Position numbers and translations under genes: made by a program. A stretch of 63,866 nucleotides of DNA, filler included, from Lama guanicoe (Eukaryota): the NCBI GenBank assembly GCA_013239625.1. It is 197 parts of 197 records of this genome, joined end to end, with 100 filler letters (N's around TTAATTAATTAA, not from the genome) between each part and the next. Parts side by side here need not be neighbours in the genome. Positions count along the whole stretch, not along the records: positions 1 to 224 come from PNXV01041877.1; positions 325 to 548 come from PNXV01041878.1; positions 649 to 872 come from PNXV01041879.1; positions 973 to 1,196 come from PNXV01041880.1; positions 1,297 to 1,520 come from PNXV01041881.1; positions 1,621 to 1,844 come from PNXV01041882.1; positions 1,945 to 2,168 come from PNXV01041883.1; positions 2,269 to 2,492 come from PNXV01041884.1; 189 more parts are not named here. The stretch is one strand, 5' to 3'. The notes beneath the pieces were generated by a model that saw only the letters and a list, made by a program, of their open reading frames with translations, was not told where the DNA came from and did no database searches. This document shows, in pieces, positions 1 through 9,620 of the stretch. Positions within the stretch are counted from its first letter, which is position 1. Each line of letters begins with the position of its first letter.

Positions 1-689
1 AATACAAATAAAATCCAATTTACTTAAACCTTAAAATATTGCCTCTTAGTTACTGCTTTTGCAAATGTAGTAATCATTCTTTGTGACTACTCATTAAATT
101 GACGATATCTCTAATTCTTCTTTCCAAGGCTGTCCACAGACAGAAGCTTTAACTTTCAGCAGAGAACACAGCAGAACCAGCTGTCCTGGATTAAAAGTTG
201 GAATGAGGACAGATCATCATGAGTNNNNNNNNNNNNNNNNNNNNNNNNNNNNNNNNNNNNNNNNNNNNTTAATTAATTAANNNNNNNNNNNNNNNNNNNN
301 NNNNNNNNNNNNNNNNNNNNNNNNTGTTGTCCAGCTTATAAGCACAATATGAACAGAGACAGATTCAACCACATGATTGTTTTCTTCCGTGTTGTTGTCT
401 GTCTTTGCTCTAGAGTTGGCCCGAATGTTCTGACAAAAAACTACTCCAAAGTTTTGGCGATTTGCAACAACTAAGGTTTATTTTTCAGTTGCACTACATG
501 CCCAGTGATTGTCAGCGGGGAGGTCTGCTCCACGTCATTCTCTCTGAGNNNNNNNNNNNNNNNNNNNNNNNNNNNNNNNNNNNNNNNNNNNNTTAATTAA
601 TTAANNNNNNNNNNNNNNNNNNNNNNNNNNNNNNNNNNNNNNNNNNNNCATTGATAAACCTCTATCTACGTCCTGCTCATATATCATTT

Positions 690-872
690 TGAGTAAATTC
701 TGACATCATATAACTGTATCCACAAATATTTCACTAATGTATAAGTACTTAATCAAAACCACAGTACCATTATCACACCTAGAAAATGAACAATAATTCC
801 TTAGTATCATCCAATATTCAGGCAGCTTTCAATTTCCAATTATCTTATGAAATTTTTTTACTGTATATTTAT
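690..872 (-). mobile_element. Old L1 (L1MC/ME-like) 3' UTR fragment
   Basis: aaccacagtaccattatcacacctagaaaatgaacaataattccttagtatcatccaatattc resembles the antisense L1MC4/5 3' end. Confidence 0.6.
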
Positions 873-1009
873 NNNNNNNNNNNNNNNNNNNNNNNNNNNN
901 NNNNNNNNNNNNNNNNTTAATTAATTAANNNNNNNNNNNNNNNNNNNNNNNNNNNNNNNNNNNNNNNNNNNNATTCACTAGAAAATAAAGAAGAAAAATA
1001 AGTAAGAAA

Positions 1010-1177
1010 GCACATTTTAAGCGTTCTCACCACAAAAAAGAAGCGGCAACTACGTGATGTGATAAGATGTGTGTTTTTCACAACATGCAAGTGTTTCCAA
1101 TCAACATGTTGTATCCCCTAAACCTGCACAAATTTATCTGCCAATTATGTCGCATTAAAGCTGGAAAAAAAAATAAA
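1010..1177 (+). mobile_element. L1MA/MB-type 3' end with polyA signal and A tail
   Basis: ttaagcgttctcaccacaaaaaagaag...tcaacatgttgtatcccctaaacctgcaca...attaaagctggaaaaaaaa. Confidence 0.75.
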
Positions 1178-1425
1178 CGACCTACCAAGCCCTATANNNN
1201 NNNNNNNNNNNNNNNNNNNNNNNNNNNNNNNNNNNNNNNNTTAATTAATTAANNNNNNNNNNNNNNNNNNNNNNNNNNNNNNNNNNNNNNNNNNNNCTGC
1301 AATAAACTCTGTTCCTTGTGGACTTGACATCATGTAGTTACATCAAAAATAGCTACACTGAAGCAAAAAAGGAAAACAGAAGACACATATCTCCTCAGAG
1401 AATTTTAAAAATCACTTTAAAAGGT

Positions 1426-1520
1426 GGGGAGGGGGGAGCTCAGTGGCAGAGCGCATGCCTGGCATGCATGCCCAGGGTCCTGGGTTCAACCCCCAGTCCC
1501 GCCACTAAAATAAATAAACC
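1426..1520 (+). mobile_element. tRNA-derived SINE, camelid vic-1-like
   Basis: ggggaggg..agctcagtggcagagcgcatgcctggcatgcatg..ggtcctgggttcaacccccagt..aaaataaataaacc: Pol III A box and B box plus an A-rich tail. Confidence 0.8.
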
Positions 1521-1620
1521 NNNNNNNNNNNNNNNNNNNNNNNNNNNNNNNNNNNNNNNNNNNNTTAATTAATTAANNNNNNNNNNNNNNNNNNNNNNNN
1601 NNNNNNNNNNNNNNNNNNNN

Positions 1621-1844
1621 TTCTTATCTTCTGTTGGATTTAGTATCAAAATTTTGTTAGCCTTATACAATGAGCTGAAGAAGTTTCTTCTTTTCAATTT
1701 TTTACAAGAGATTTAATGCTGGAAATACTCCTTCCTTACATGATTGCGAGGACTTAACAGTGAAGCTGTTTGGGCCTAGAGTGTTCGATGTGGGTAGATT
1801 TTTGACTATTCAGTTTCTTTAGTGGTTAAAAATCAATGCAGGTT
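1621..1844 (-). mobile_element. Degraded old L1 ORF2 fragment
   Basis: tagtatcaaaattttgttagccttatacaatgagctgaag...cagtgaagctgtttgggcctagagt is typical antisense L1M ORF2. Confidence 0.65.
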
Positions 1845-2916
1845 NNNNNNNNNNNNNNNNNNNNNNNNNNNNNNNNNNNNNNNNNNNNTTAATTAATTAA
1901 NNNNNNNNNNNNNNNNNNNNNNNNNNNNNNNNNNNNNNNNNNNNTGGAGGGCCTGGGGTGGTCTCACTGCAGCCCCTCCCCACCGGCTCCGGCAGATACG
2001 CCTCCGCCAAACCACCCAACGCATCAAAGGGACCGGATGCAGTCTGAGCTTCTCCCTGGAGAGCAGGCTCAGCTCCTGCCAGCCTGCAGAATCCTTGAAA
2101 CAAGCCGATCGCATCCTCGCAGGGAGCCGGGCGTCCCGTCCTCCCGCGGCCTCTGGGGGTCCCCTCCGNNNNNNNNNNNNNNNNNNNNNNNNNNNNNNNN
2201 NNNNNNNNNNNNTTAATTAATTAANNNNNNNNNNNNNNNNNNNNNNNNNNNNNNNNNNNNNNNNNNNNTCTGTGCTCAATTATTCTGAGATCTCTCTTTG
2301 CAGCTAGACTGTGAACCCTGCAGGTCAGAGACCTTGCCTCAGGCATGTCTGGCTCCTGGCACACAGTGGCCTCAACAGGTGGCTGGACGGCTGGAGGGAC
2401 GCAGAGGGAGGAATACTGTGGAGCTGCTGAGCGGGGCTCAGGCAGAAGCATCAGGGGTGGCCAGACGCCCGCACAGACGTGCAGCCTCACACNNNNNNNN
2501 NNNNNNNNNNNNNNNNNNNNNNNNNNNNNNNNNNNNTTAATTAATTAANNNNNNNNNNNNNNNNNNNNNNNNNNNNNNNNNNNNNNNNNNNNGGGATGAA
2601 TCCACCAAGGCCTGTAATTCTTGATGGAAATCCACACTACTTCCTTCAGGTCACTACTTTGTAAAAGTTCACAAATGCTCGGGTTCTCATGGGGCTTCCC
2701 TGACCAGTTCTGTGTGCAGAGAGTTGACATAATGGTGCTGGGCAAGGGGACTTTGTGTACAGTTGGCTTAGACCTTGTTTGCTGTTTCTGTGCTGACTTT
2801 TTTATATCCTTCAGATNNNNNNNNNNNNNNNNNNNNNNNNNNNNNNNNNNNNNNNNNNNNTTAATTAATTAANNNNNNNNNNNNNNNNNNNNNNNNNNNN
2901 NNNNNNNNNNNNNNNN

Positions 2917-3140
2917 GTCAGCCGTCAAGGAGAGCAAGACCCTCCGCCAGAAAAAAGGAGGCTTAGGTGAAACTTAGCATTTTTTAGCAATAAAGTATTT
3001 TAAAATTAAGGTATGTACATTTTTTAAGACATAATGCTATTGCACGTTTAGCAGACTACAGAGTAGCATAAATGTAAGTTTTATTTGCACCGGGAAACAA
3101 AAAAATTAACATGACTTGCTTTATTGTGATATTCACTTTA
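2917..3140 (+). mobile_element. Tigger1 (TcMar-Tigger DNA transposon) 3' part
   Basis: gcaagaccctccgccag...ttagcattttttagcaataaagtatttt...gacataatgctattgcac...gacttgctttattgtgatattcacttta. Confidence 0.9.
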
Positions 3141-4212
3141 NNNNNNNNNNNNNNNNNNNNNNNNNNNNNNNNNNNNNNNNNNNNTTAATTAATTAANNNN
3201 NNNNNNNNNNNNNNNNNNNNNNNNNNNNNNNNNNNNNNNNCCCCAGCCGAGGAAGCTGCCCACAGGACACTGTCCTCTTCTCCCCATACGGGGTGCCCCC
3301 GCGGGCCTCCTAGACCCAACAGGGATTGGAGGACAGGCATAGAGCTGGCAACTCAACTCCGCCCTCCCGCCGTCCTCCCTCCTCCCCCGGAAAGCATCAC
3401 TGGGGAGGACTCAGTTCTGTTCAAAACAAAACAAAGCAACCCCTTTGCCTGGGGTGGGACTCACNNNNNNNNNNNNNNNNNNNNNNNNNNNNNNNNNNNN
3501 NNNNNNNNTTAATTAATTAANNNNNNNNNNNNNNNNNNNNNNNNNNNNNNNNNNNNNNNNNNNNTCACATCCCTTTAAAAAAGCTTTGTTTCATTGAGGG
3601 CTTAGAGGCAAAACAGGACCCTGGGGTTGTTCCTAGGAAAAACCAACAGGTGGGAATGGACATGCTCATTGGGGGTGATGCCCGCCATCCATTCATCTAG
3701 AACTGCTAATATGTTACTATATCCATTGAGCTCTCTTCAGCTTTTTTTATTCTATCATATTGAAGTACATACCTTTTCTTATACCAGTNNNNNNNNNNNN
3801 NNNNNNNNNNNNNNNNNNNNNNNNNNNNNNNNTTAATTAATTAANNNNNNNNNNNNNNNNNNNNNNNNNNNNNNNNNNNNNNNNNNNNTGTAAATCTAAA
3901 GTGCTTCAGATACAAAAAAATGTATTACAAAATATTTAAAAAGCCCAGAATTTAGCTGCAGTTTTAATTAGACCTCAAGTGCACACGATGGCGTGAATGG
4001 CAGTCCCCGAAGGTGTGACAGTGGTGAGGAGGCACGAGAACCTACTTCAGCTGATCAATTGCGTCACAAGAAAAAAGACTGGAGGAAACTGACAGGACTG
4101 TTAAATGGTTATNNNNNNNNNNNNNNNNNNNNNNNNNNNNNNNNNNNNNNNNNNNNTTAATTAATTAANNNNNNNNNNNNNNNNNNNNNNNNNNNNNNNN
4201 NNNNNNNNNNNN

Positions 4213-4760
4213 AAAGCCACTCTTTCAGTTTCCTTAACAGAGGTCTCAGCAGCCCCTGGCTATATTGGGTTGTATTAGGCCCTTGACCTCTCCTTTGGGG
4301 GAGATGACCATGATGGCCAAGGATTTACTTAGCACCCTTGCAAGGATCTTTATATGAAAAAGTGAGTGATTTGCTGCTTGTTTAAAAGGAGTGAGTAGAA
4401 ATCCCCCTTAGGGCGCACCCTCTAAATGATCTGCCTNNNNNNNNNNNNNNNNNNNNNNNNNNNNNNNNNNNNNNNNNNNNTTAATTAATTAANNNNNNNN
4501 NNNNNNNNNNNNNNNNNNNNNNNNNNNNNNNNNNNNAAAGCCACTCTTTCAGTTTCCTTAACAGAGGTCTCAGCAGCCCCTGGCTGTATTGGGTTGTATT
4601 AGGCCCTTGACCTCTCCTTTGGGGGAGATGGCCATGATGGCCAAGGATTTACTTACCACCCTTGCAAGGATTTTTATATGAAAAAGTGAGTGATTTGCTG
4701 CTTGTTTAAACGGAGTGAGTAGAAATCCCCCTTAGGGCGCACCCTCTAAATGATCTGCCT
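4213..4760 (+). repeat. Bubble pair 1: 4213-4436 vs 4537-4760
   Basis: 224-bp copies with 5 substitutions; first and last 49 bp identical. Confidence 0.97.
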
Positions 4761-5184
4761 NNNNNNNNNNNNNNNNNNNNNNNNNNNNNNNNNNNNNNNN
4801 NNNNTTAATTAATTAANNNNNNNNNNNNNNNNNNNNNNNNNNNNNNNNNNNNNNNNNNNNAGAAACTGACTTCACTTTTTTTCCAAAAATCCACAGTGGG
4901 ATAGCATTCTTGCTGATGATTTAGGAAAATATGTCATTGACACATTTCTGAAAGAAATAGTGTAATTTTTAACTTTTCATAGTATAAATACAATTCAATT
5001 TTTAAAGCATCCTGAAAAAAATATCTAAACTCTAGTAATTATTTTCATAACACTCAAACTTTCCCTATTTAAACCATGCATTTTNNNNNNNNNNNNNNNN
5101 NNNNNNNNNNNNNNNNNNNNNNNNNNNNTTAATTAATTAANNNNNNNNNNNNNNNNNNNNNNNNNNNNNNNNNNNNNNNNNNNN

Positions 5185-5408
5185 CTATAGCAGTATGAAA
5201 CCTGTATGAACTTATATGACTGAGTCATACAGCATATACCATTTTGTGTCTGACTTCTTTCACTCTAGACAATGATTTTAAGAGTCATTTCTGTTGTTGT
5301 ATATATCACTACGTTTTATATTGCTAAGAGGTATATTTCTTTGTATGGATGTACCACAGTTTACTTAGCCATTCAGCTATTGATAGACATTGAGGTTATT
5401 TCTACTTT
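5185..5408 (-). mobile_element. Old L1 (L1MD/ME-like) 3' region
   Basis: agtcatacagcatataccattttgtgtctgacttctttcactc...tttgtatggatgtaccacagtttacttagccattca. Confidence 0.75.
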
Positions 5409-5832
5409 NNNNNNNNNNNNNNNNNNNNNNNNNNNNNNNNNNNNNNNNNNNNTTAATTAATTAANNNNNNNNNNNNNNNNNNNNNNNNNNNNNNNNNNNN
5501 NNNNNNNNAATATAATTATCATATGATTTTAGTTATTTAGCTATATACATATTTTTTCCATGCCAAAGTCACATTCAAGTTCAGTCATGCCTGCTTCAAG
5601 ATCAGCTTCACTGTATCTGTAACTCCTGAATAGCTATAATAGAAGGAGGAGTAGGCATACTATGGAAGTATTTGCTTAAATAGACTAAATGTAATGACCC
5701 TGATTGGTTGTTTCCATTTAAGGACCCAGGGANNNNNNNNNNNNNNNNNNNNNNNNNNNNNNNNNNNNNNNNNNNNTTAATTAATTAANNNNNNNNNNNN
5801 NNNNNNNNNNNNNNNNNNNNNNNNNNNNNNNN

Positions 5833-6056
5833 AACAAACATTTCATCAAGCTCCTACTGTGTGCCAGGAACAAGGGAAACCGTGGTGACTGAGCAGAAGA
5901 GGCCTCTGCCCCAAAGAAGCTGGTACACTAGTGAAGAGAGGCAGGCAATGAACCGATAAAAAAAAAAAAAAGAAAACATCAGGTGGTGATAAATACAACA
6001 GAGACCCGGAGATGTAGGTATTGGAATGGACACCAGCCACTTTGGATTAGGTGGTC
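5833..6056 (-). mobile_element. L2 LINE 3' end
   Basis: aacaaacatttcatcaagctcctactgtgtgccagg...ctctgccccaaagaagct..actagtg. Confidence 0.7.
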
Positions 6057-6156
6057 NNNNNNNNNNNNNNNNNNNNNNNNNNNNNNNNNNNNNNNNNNNN
6101 TTAATTAATTAANNNNNNNNNNNNNNNNNNNNNNNNNNNNNNNNNNNNNNNNNNNN

Positions 6157-6380
6157 CACAGAATTTAGAATACAGAATATAGAATACTGAAAATACAATA
6201 TAGAATATGAAATGAAGAACGCAAAATTTACAGTATAGAAATAAGGATACTGAATAAAGATTTTAGAATACAGAATGTAGAACACAGAATACAGAATATA
6301 GAATAAGGAATGCAAAATATATTATGTACAGTATAGAATTAAGAACACAGAATATAGAATATGGAAAACAGAATACAGAA
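6157..6380. repeat. Degenerate 7-bp tandem satellite (AGAATAY/AGAATTT units)
   Basis: cacagaatttagaatacagaatatagaatac... fills the whole fragment; same family as 52919-53143. Confidence 0.9.
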
Positions 6381-6560
6381 NNNNNNNNNNNNNNNNNNNN
6401 NNNNNNNNNNNNNNNNNNNNNNNNTTAATTAATTAANNNNNNNNNNNNNNNNNNNNNNNNNNNNNNNNNNNNNNNNNNNNATTAAACCATGGCTCTTTGC
6501 ACACATTCCAGTGTAAGCAATATTTTTTTTCAGTTATTCTTATCTTTCATCTCATAATTA

Positions 6561-6641
6561 AAGAAAACTACACACCAGAAATCGACACATTGTAAACTGA
6601 CTGTAACTCAATTGAAAAAAAAAAAAAGAAAGAAGAAAACT
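6561..6641 (+). mobile_element. Strongly 5'-truncated L1 3' terminus with polyA and 9-bp TSD (AAGAAAACT)
   Basis: aagaaaact|acacaccagaaatcgacacattgtaaactgactgtaactcaattg-A13-gaaag|aagaaaact, with TT/AAAG at the 5' junction. Confidence 0.8.
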
Positions 6642-6804
6642 TTACTGATGCCAATATGTTTGTCACTAGAAGAGTTTCAAGAATCACTCTTTTTTTCCCC
6701 TTCTNNNNNNNNNNNNNNNNNNNNNNNNNNNNNNNNNNNNNNNNNNNNTTAATTAATTAANNNNNNNNNNNNNNNNNNNNNNNNNNNNNNNNNNNNNNNN
6801 NNNN

Positions 6805-7028
6805 ATGGCCCCGGTCCGGCCGCCGCGCTCGCCCGGCCGCCGCCTGCCAGCCGTCTCCGCCTCCTCTGCCGCCGCCGAGCGGGCGGGCGCAGGGCGGGCG
6901 GGAGGAGGGCGCGCCGGCGCTTGGAGATCCCCGGCCGCCCCCGCCTGGGCGCGCGCGACCTCGGGCGCCGAGAAGTCAGGCGGCGGCGGGCGGGGCGCCG
7001 GGGTGGGCCCGGGCGCCGGCCCGGCGGC
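6805..7028 (-). promoter_or_regulatory. CpG island: GC-box promoter/5'UTR ending at a probable Kozak start (GGGGCCAT|G) on the minus strand
   Basis: Very GC- and CpG-rich with GGGCGG boxes; the minus strand ends ...gcggcggccggaccggggccat at the contig edge. Confidence 0.65.
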
Positions 7029-7776
7029 NNNNNNNNNNNNNNNNNNNNNNNNNNNNNNNNNNNNNNNNNNNNTTAATTAATTAANNNNNNNNNNNNNNNN
7101 NNNNNNNNNNNNNNNNNNNNNNNNNNNNTTGTAATTCTAAAAAGGTCCCATCAGGAAGTTATGGGATGTCATGCATTGTGCAGACTTCTAATATTTATCA
7201 TAGGCAAATGGAACGAACGCGTATGGACGTTTCTTCCTGGTGCCTGCCCCTTTCCTCATCGTACAGCCTCTCAGTGCCAAGCTCTCCTCCCAGCAGGGGT
7301 TTTAGGCTGTGAAGGTCCCGGCTCAGTGAGGACTATCTGGATTTGCCTAACCNNNNNNNNNNNNNNNNNNNNNNNNNNNNNNNNNNNNNNNNNNNNTTAA
7401 TTAATTAANNNNNNNNNNNNNNNNNNNNNNNNNNNNNNNNNNNNNNNNNNNNTTTCTCTGGTACTTCATGAATTGATAAACTAATGGCCTGTTACAGATT
7501 TGGGAGCACTGATAGGTAAATCATGGGGAAAAAAAATTAAGGTGTCTTAGTGCAGTTCCCCAAAGAAATGTCCTGAGGACCAGACACGGATGCGTTTCTT
7601 GCAGCCGCAGTAGGAGGGGTCCTGGGGGGGGGGCGTCCGTTTCTAGCAACAAGCCAAGTCAGCCGCGCCTTCTAGTNNNNNNNNNNNNNNNNNNNNNNNN
7701 NNNNNNNNNNNNNNNNNNNNTTAATTAATTAANNNNNNNNNNNNNNNNNNNNNNNNNNNNNNNNNNNNNNNNNNNN

Positions 7777-7990
7777 TTGTAATTGTTTCAGGGTGCCATG
7801 AATCCCACCCACATGAGATGAAAACTAGATTCATAGATGCTGTGAGTGTTCTGACTGCTCCATTGACTTGACTGTTCCCCCATCTCTTTCTTTTCTTGGG
7901 CCTCACTATTCCCTGAGACACAGTAATATTTAAATTAGATGAGTTGATAACCCTACAATGGCCTCTAAGTGTTCAAGTGAAAGAGGAATC
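7777..7990 (+). mobile_element. Tigger1 5' part
   Basis: ttgtaattgtttcagggtgccatgaa...ctattccctgagacacagtaatatt...ataaccctacaatggcctctaagtgttcaagtgaaag. Confidence 0.9.
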
Positions 7991-8100
7991 AATCAATATT
8001 NNNNNNNNNNNNNNNNNNNNNNNNNNNNNNNNNNNNNNNNNNNNTTAATTAATTAANNNNNNNNNNNNNNNNNNNNNNNNNNNNNNNNNNNNNNNNNNNN

Positions 8101-8236
8101 TACAGAATTTCAGTTTTATAAGATGAAAAGAGCTGTGGAGATGGTGGTGATGGCCACACAACATTATAATGTATTTTAACACCACTGTATTACATGTTTA
8201 AAAAAGGTTAATATGATAAAGTTTAAATTAAAAAAC
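8101..8236 (+). mobile_element. L1MB-type 3' end
   Basis: tacagaatttcagttttataagatgaaaagagctgtggagatggtggtgatggccacacaaca. Confidence 0.75.
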
Positions 8237-9396
8237 AGTTCTGTGGGCTAAATGTGCTTATATGTAGTAAGTAATGGGTTCTTGTCCTTCAACAGAGTTT
8301 GATTTTTGAAAGCAGTGTTAAGTTNNNNNNNNNNNNNNNNNNNNNNNNNNNNNNNNNNNNNNNNNNNNTTAATTAATTAANNNNNNNNNNNNNNNNNNNN
8401 NNNNNNNNNNNNNNNNNNNNNNNNCAGGGGAGGAGGAGGGCACTGGCAGTGGTTAGACCTTGGAGAAGGGCAGGACAGAATCATGGTCGTCAAATCCTCC
8501 AGGACTGCCAAACAGAATGGAGATTAGTTGCTCTCAGAGGTTCCAACCAGTGGCAGAAGTGACAGGGAGACAGACATTAGGTCAACAGGTTCCAGTGTGG
8601 GGCTGGGCAGCTCTGTGATTTCCCTTTGCCTGGAGGTGTTCAATGATCNNNNNNNNNNNNNNNNNNNNNNNNNNNNNNNNNNNNNNNNNNNNTTAATTAA
8701 TTAANNNNNNNNNNNNNNNNNNNNNNNNNNNNNNNNNNNNNNNNNNNNATTAAAATGTGATATTATTACCTCCTGATTGATAATTATCAGCTTCTTTACA
8801 TTTTTGGTCACGATGATGCCACCTACTTTCATACCAGGGAGGATTTTGAGAGACGGTAATCTGATCAGCCACTCAAGCCATTTAAATGTACGTTGTTTTA
8901 AGAATATATTTTTAACATAAGACATTATACTTCATTTCCAAGAAAACACTCAAACCTGCTACACCTTACTAGNNNNNNNNNNNNNNNNNNNNNNNNNNNN
9001 NNNNNNNNNNNNNNNNTTAATTAATTAANNNNNNNNNNNNNNNNNNNNNNNNNNNNNNNNNNNNNNNNNNNNTAATCACACTGTGGGCCCTGGAAGCAAC
9101 TCCTGGAGGGAGGCATTTCCATCACGTCCCCTTGGCTGTCAGGAACCTGAAGACGTGGGGAAGGGACCCAGCTGCCCCATTCCACCCAGCTCCTGAGAAC
9201 GGTAGTGGGTTTCACACCCGGGCCAAGTGGCTCCATAACTGCTCTGGTCTCCTGCCCGTAGGAAGGACCAGTGCTGTCACGATGCTGCCTCTCAGCNNNN
9301 NNNNNNNNNNNNNNNNNNNNNNNNNNNNNNNNNNNNNNNNTTAATTAATTAANNNNNNNNNNNNNNNNNNNNNNNNNNNNNNNNNNNNNNNNNNNN

Positions 9397-9620
9397 TGAA
9401 GTATAAGGTATCTAGAAATAAACCAGGAGGGCCCAAGACCTCTGCGGGTGGGAAGTTTAAAAAAAAAAAAAAAGCAACTTTTAATCTAATTTAGGCACAG
9501 AAGAAGATTTAAATAAATGGAGACAGAGTCCATGCTATCAGGTCACCCCCAATTAATCTATAATTCAATGTAATCACAATTAAAATTCCAGTTGAATTTT
9601 TTTTGGAAACTCAAGAAATT
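9397..9620 (+). mobile_element. Degraded old L1 ORF2
   Basis: gaagatttaaataaatggagacag...cccccaattaatctataattcaatgtaatcacaattaaaattcca. Confidence 0.65.

Noticed and set aside
1426..1505. tRNA gene
   Set aside because: It has A and B boxes but a degenerate cloverleaf and an A-rich SINE tail, so it is a tRNA-derived SINE.
2593..2816. Minus-strand frame open across the whole fragment (LKDIKKSAQKQQ...YRPWWIH)
   Set aside because: No recognisable motif or splice context; open frames of this length are expected by chance among 197 x 6 frames.
4213..4760. Biological tandem duplications (also 12961-13508 and 23997-24546)
   Set aside because: Adjacency is artificial, and the exact 49-bp shared ends identify graph bubble arms.
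6805..7080. 91-aa Ala/Gly/Arg-rich ORF on the plus strand
   Set aside because: Stop-free only because of extreme GC content; the ATG sits at the contig edge and the stop comes from the linker.
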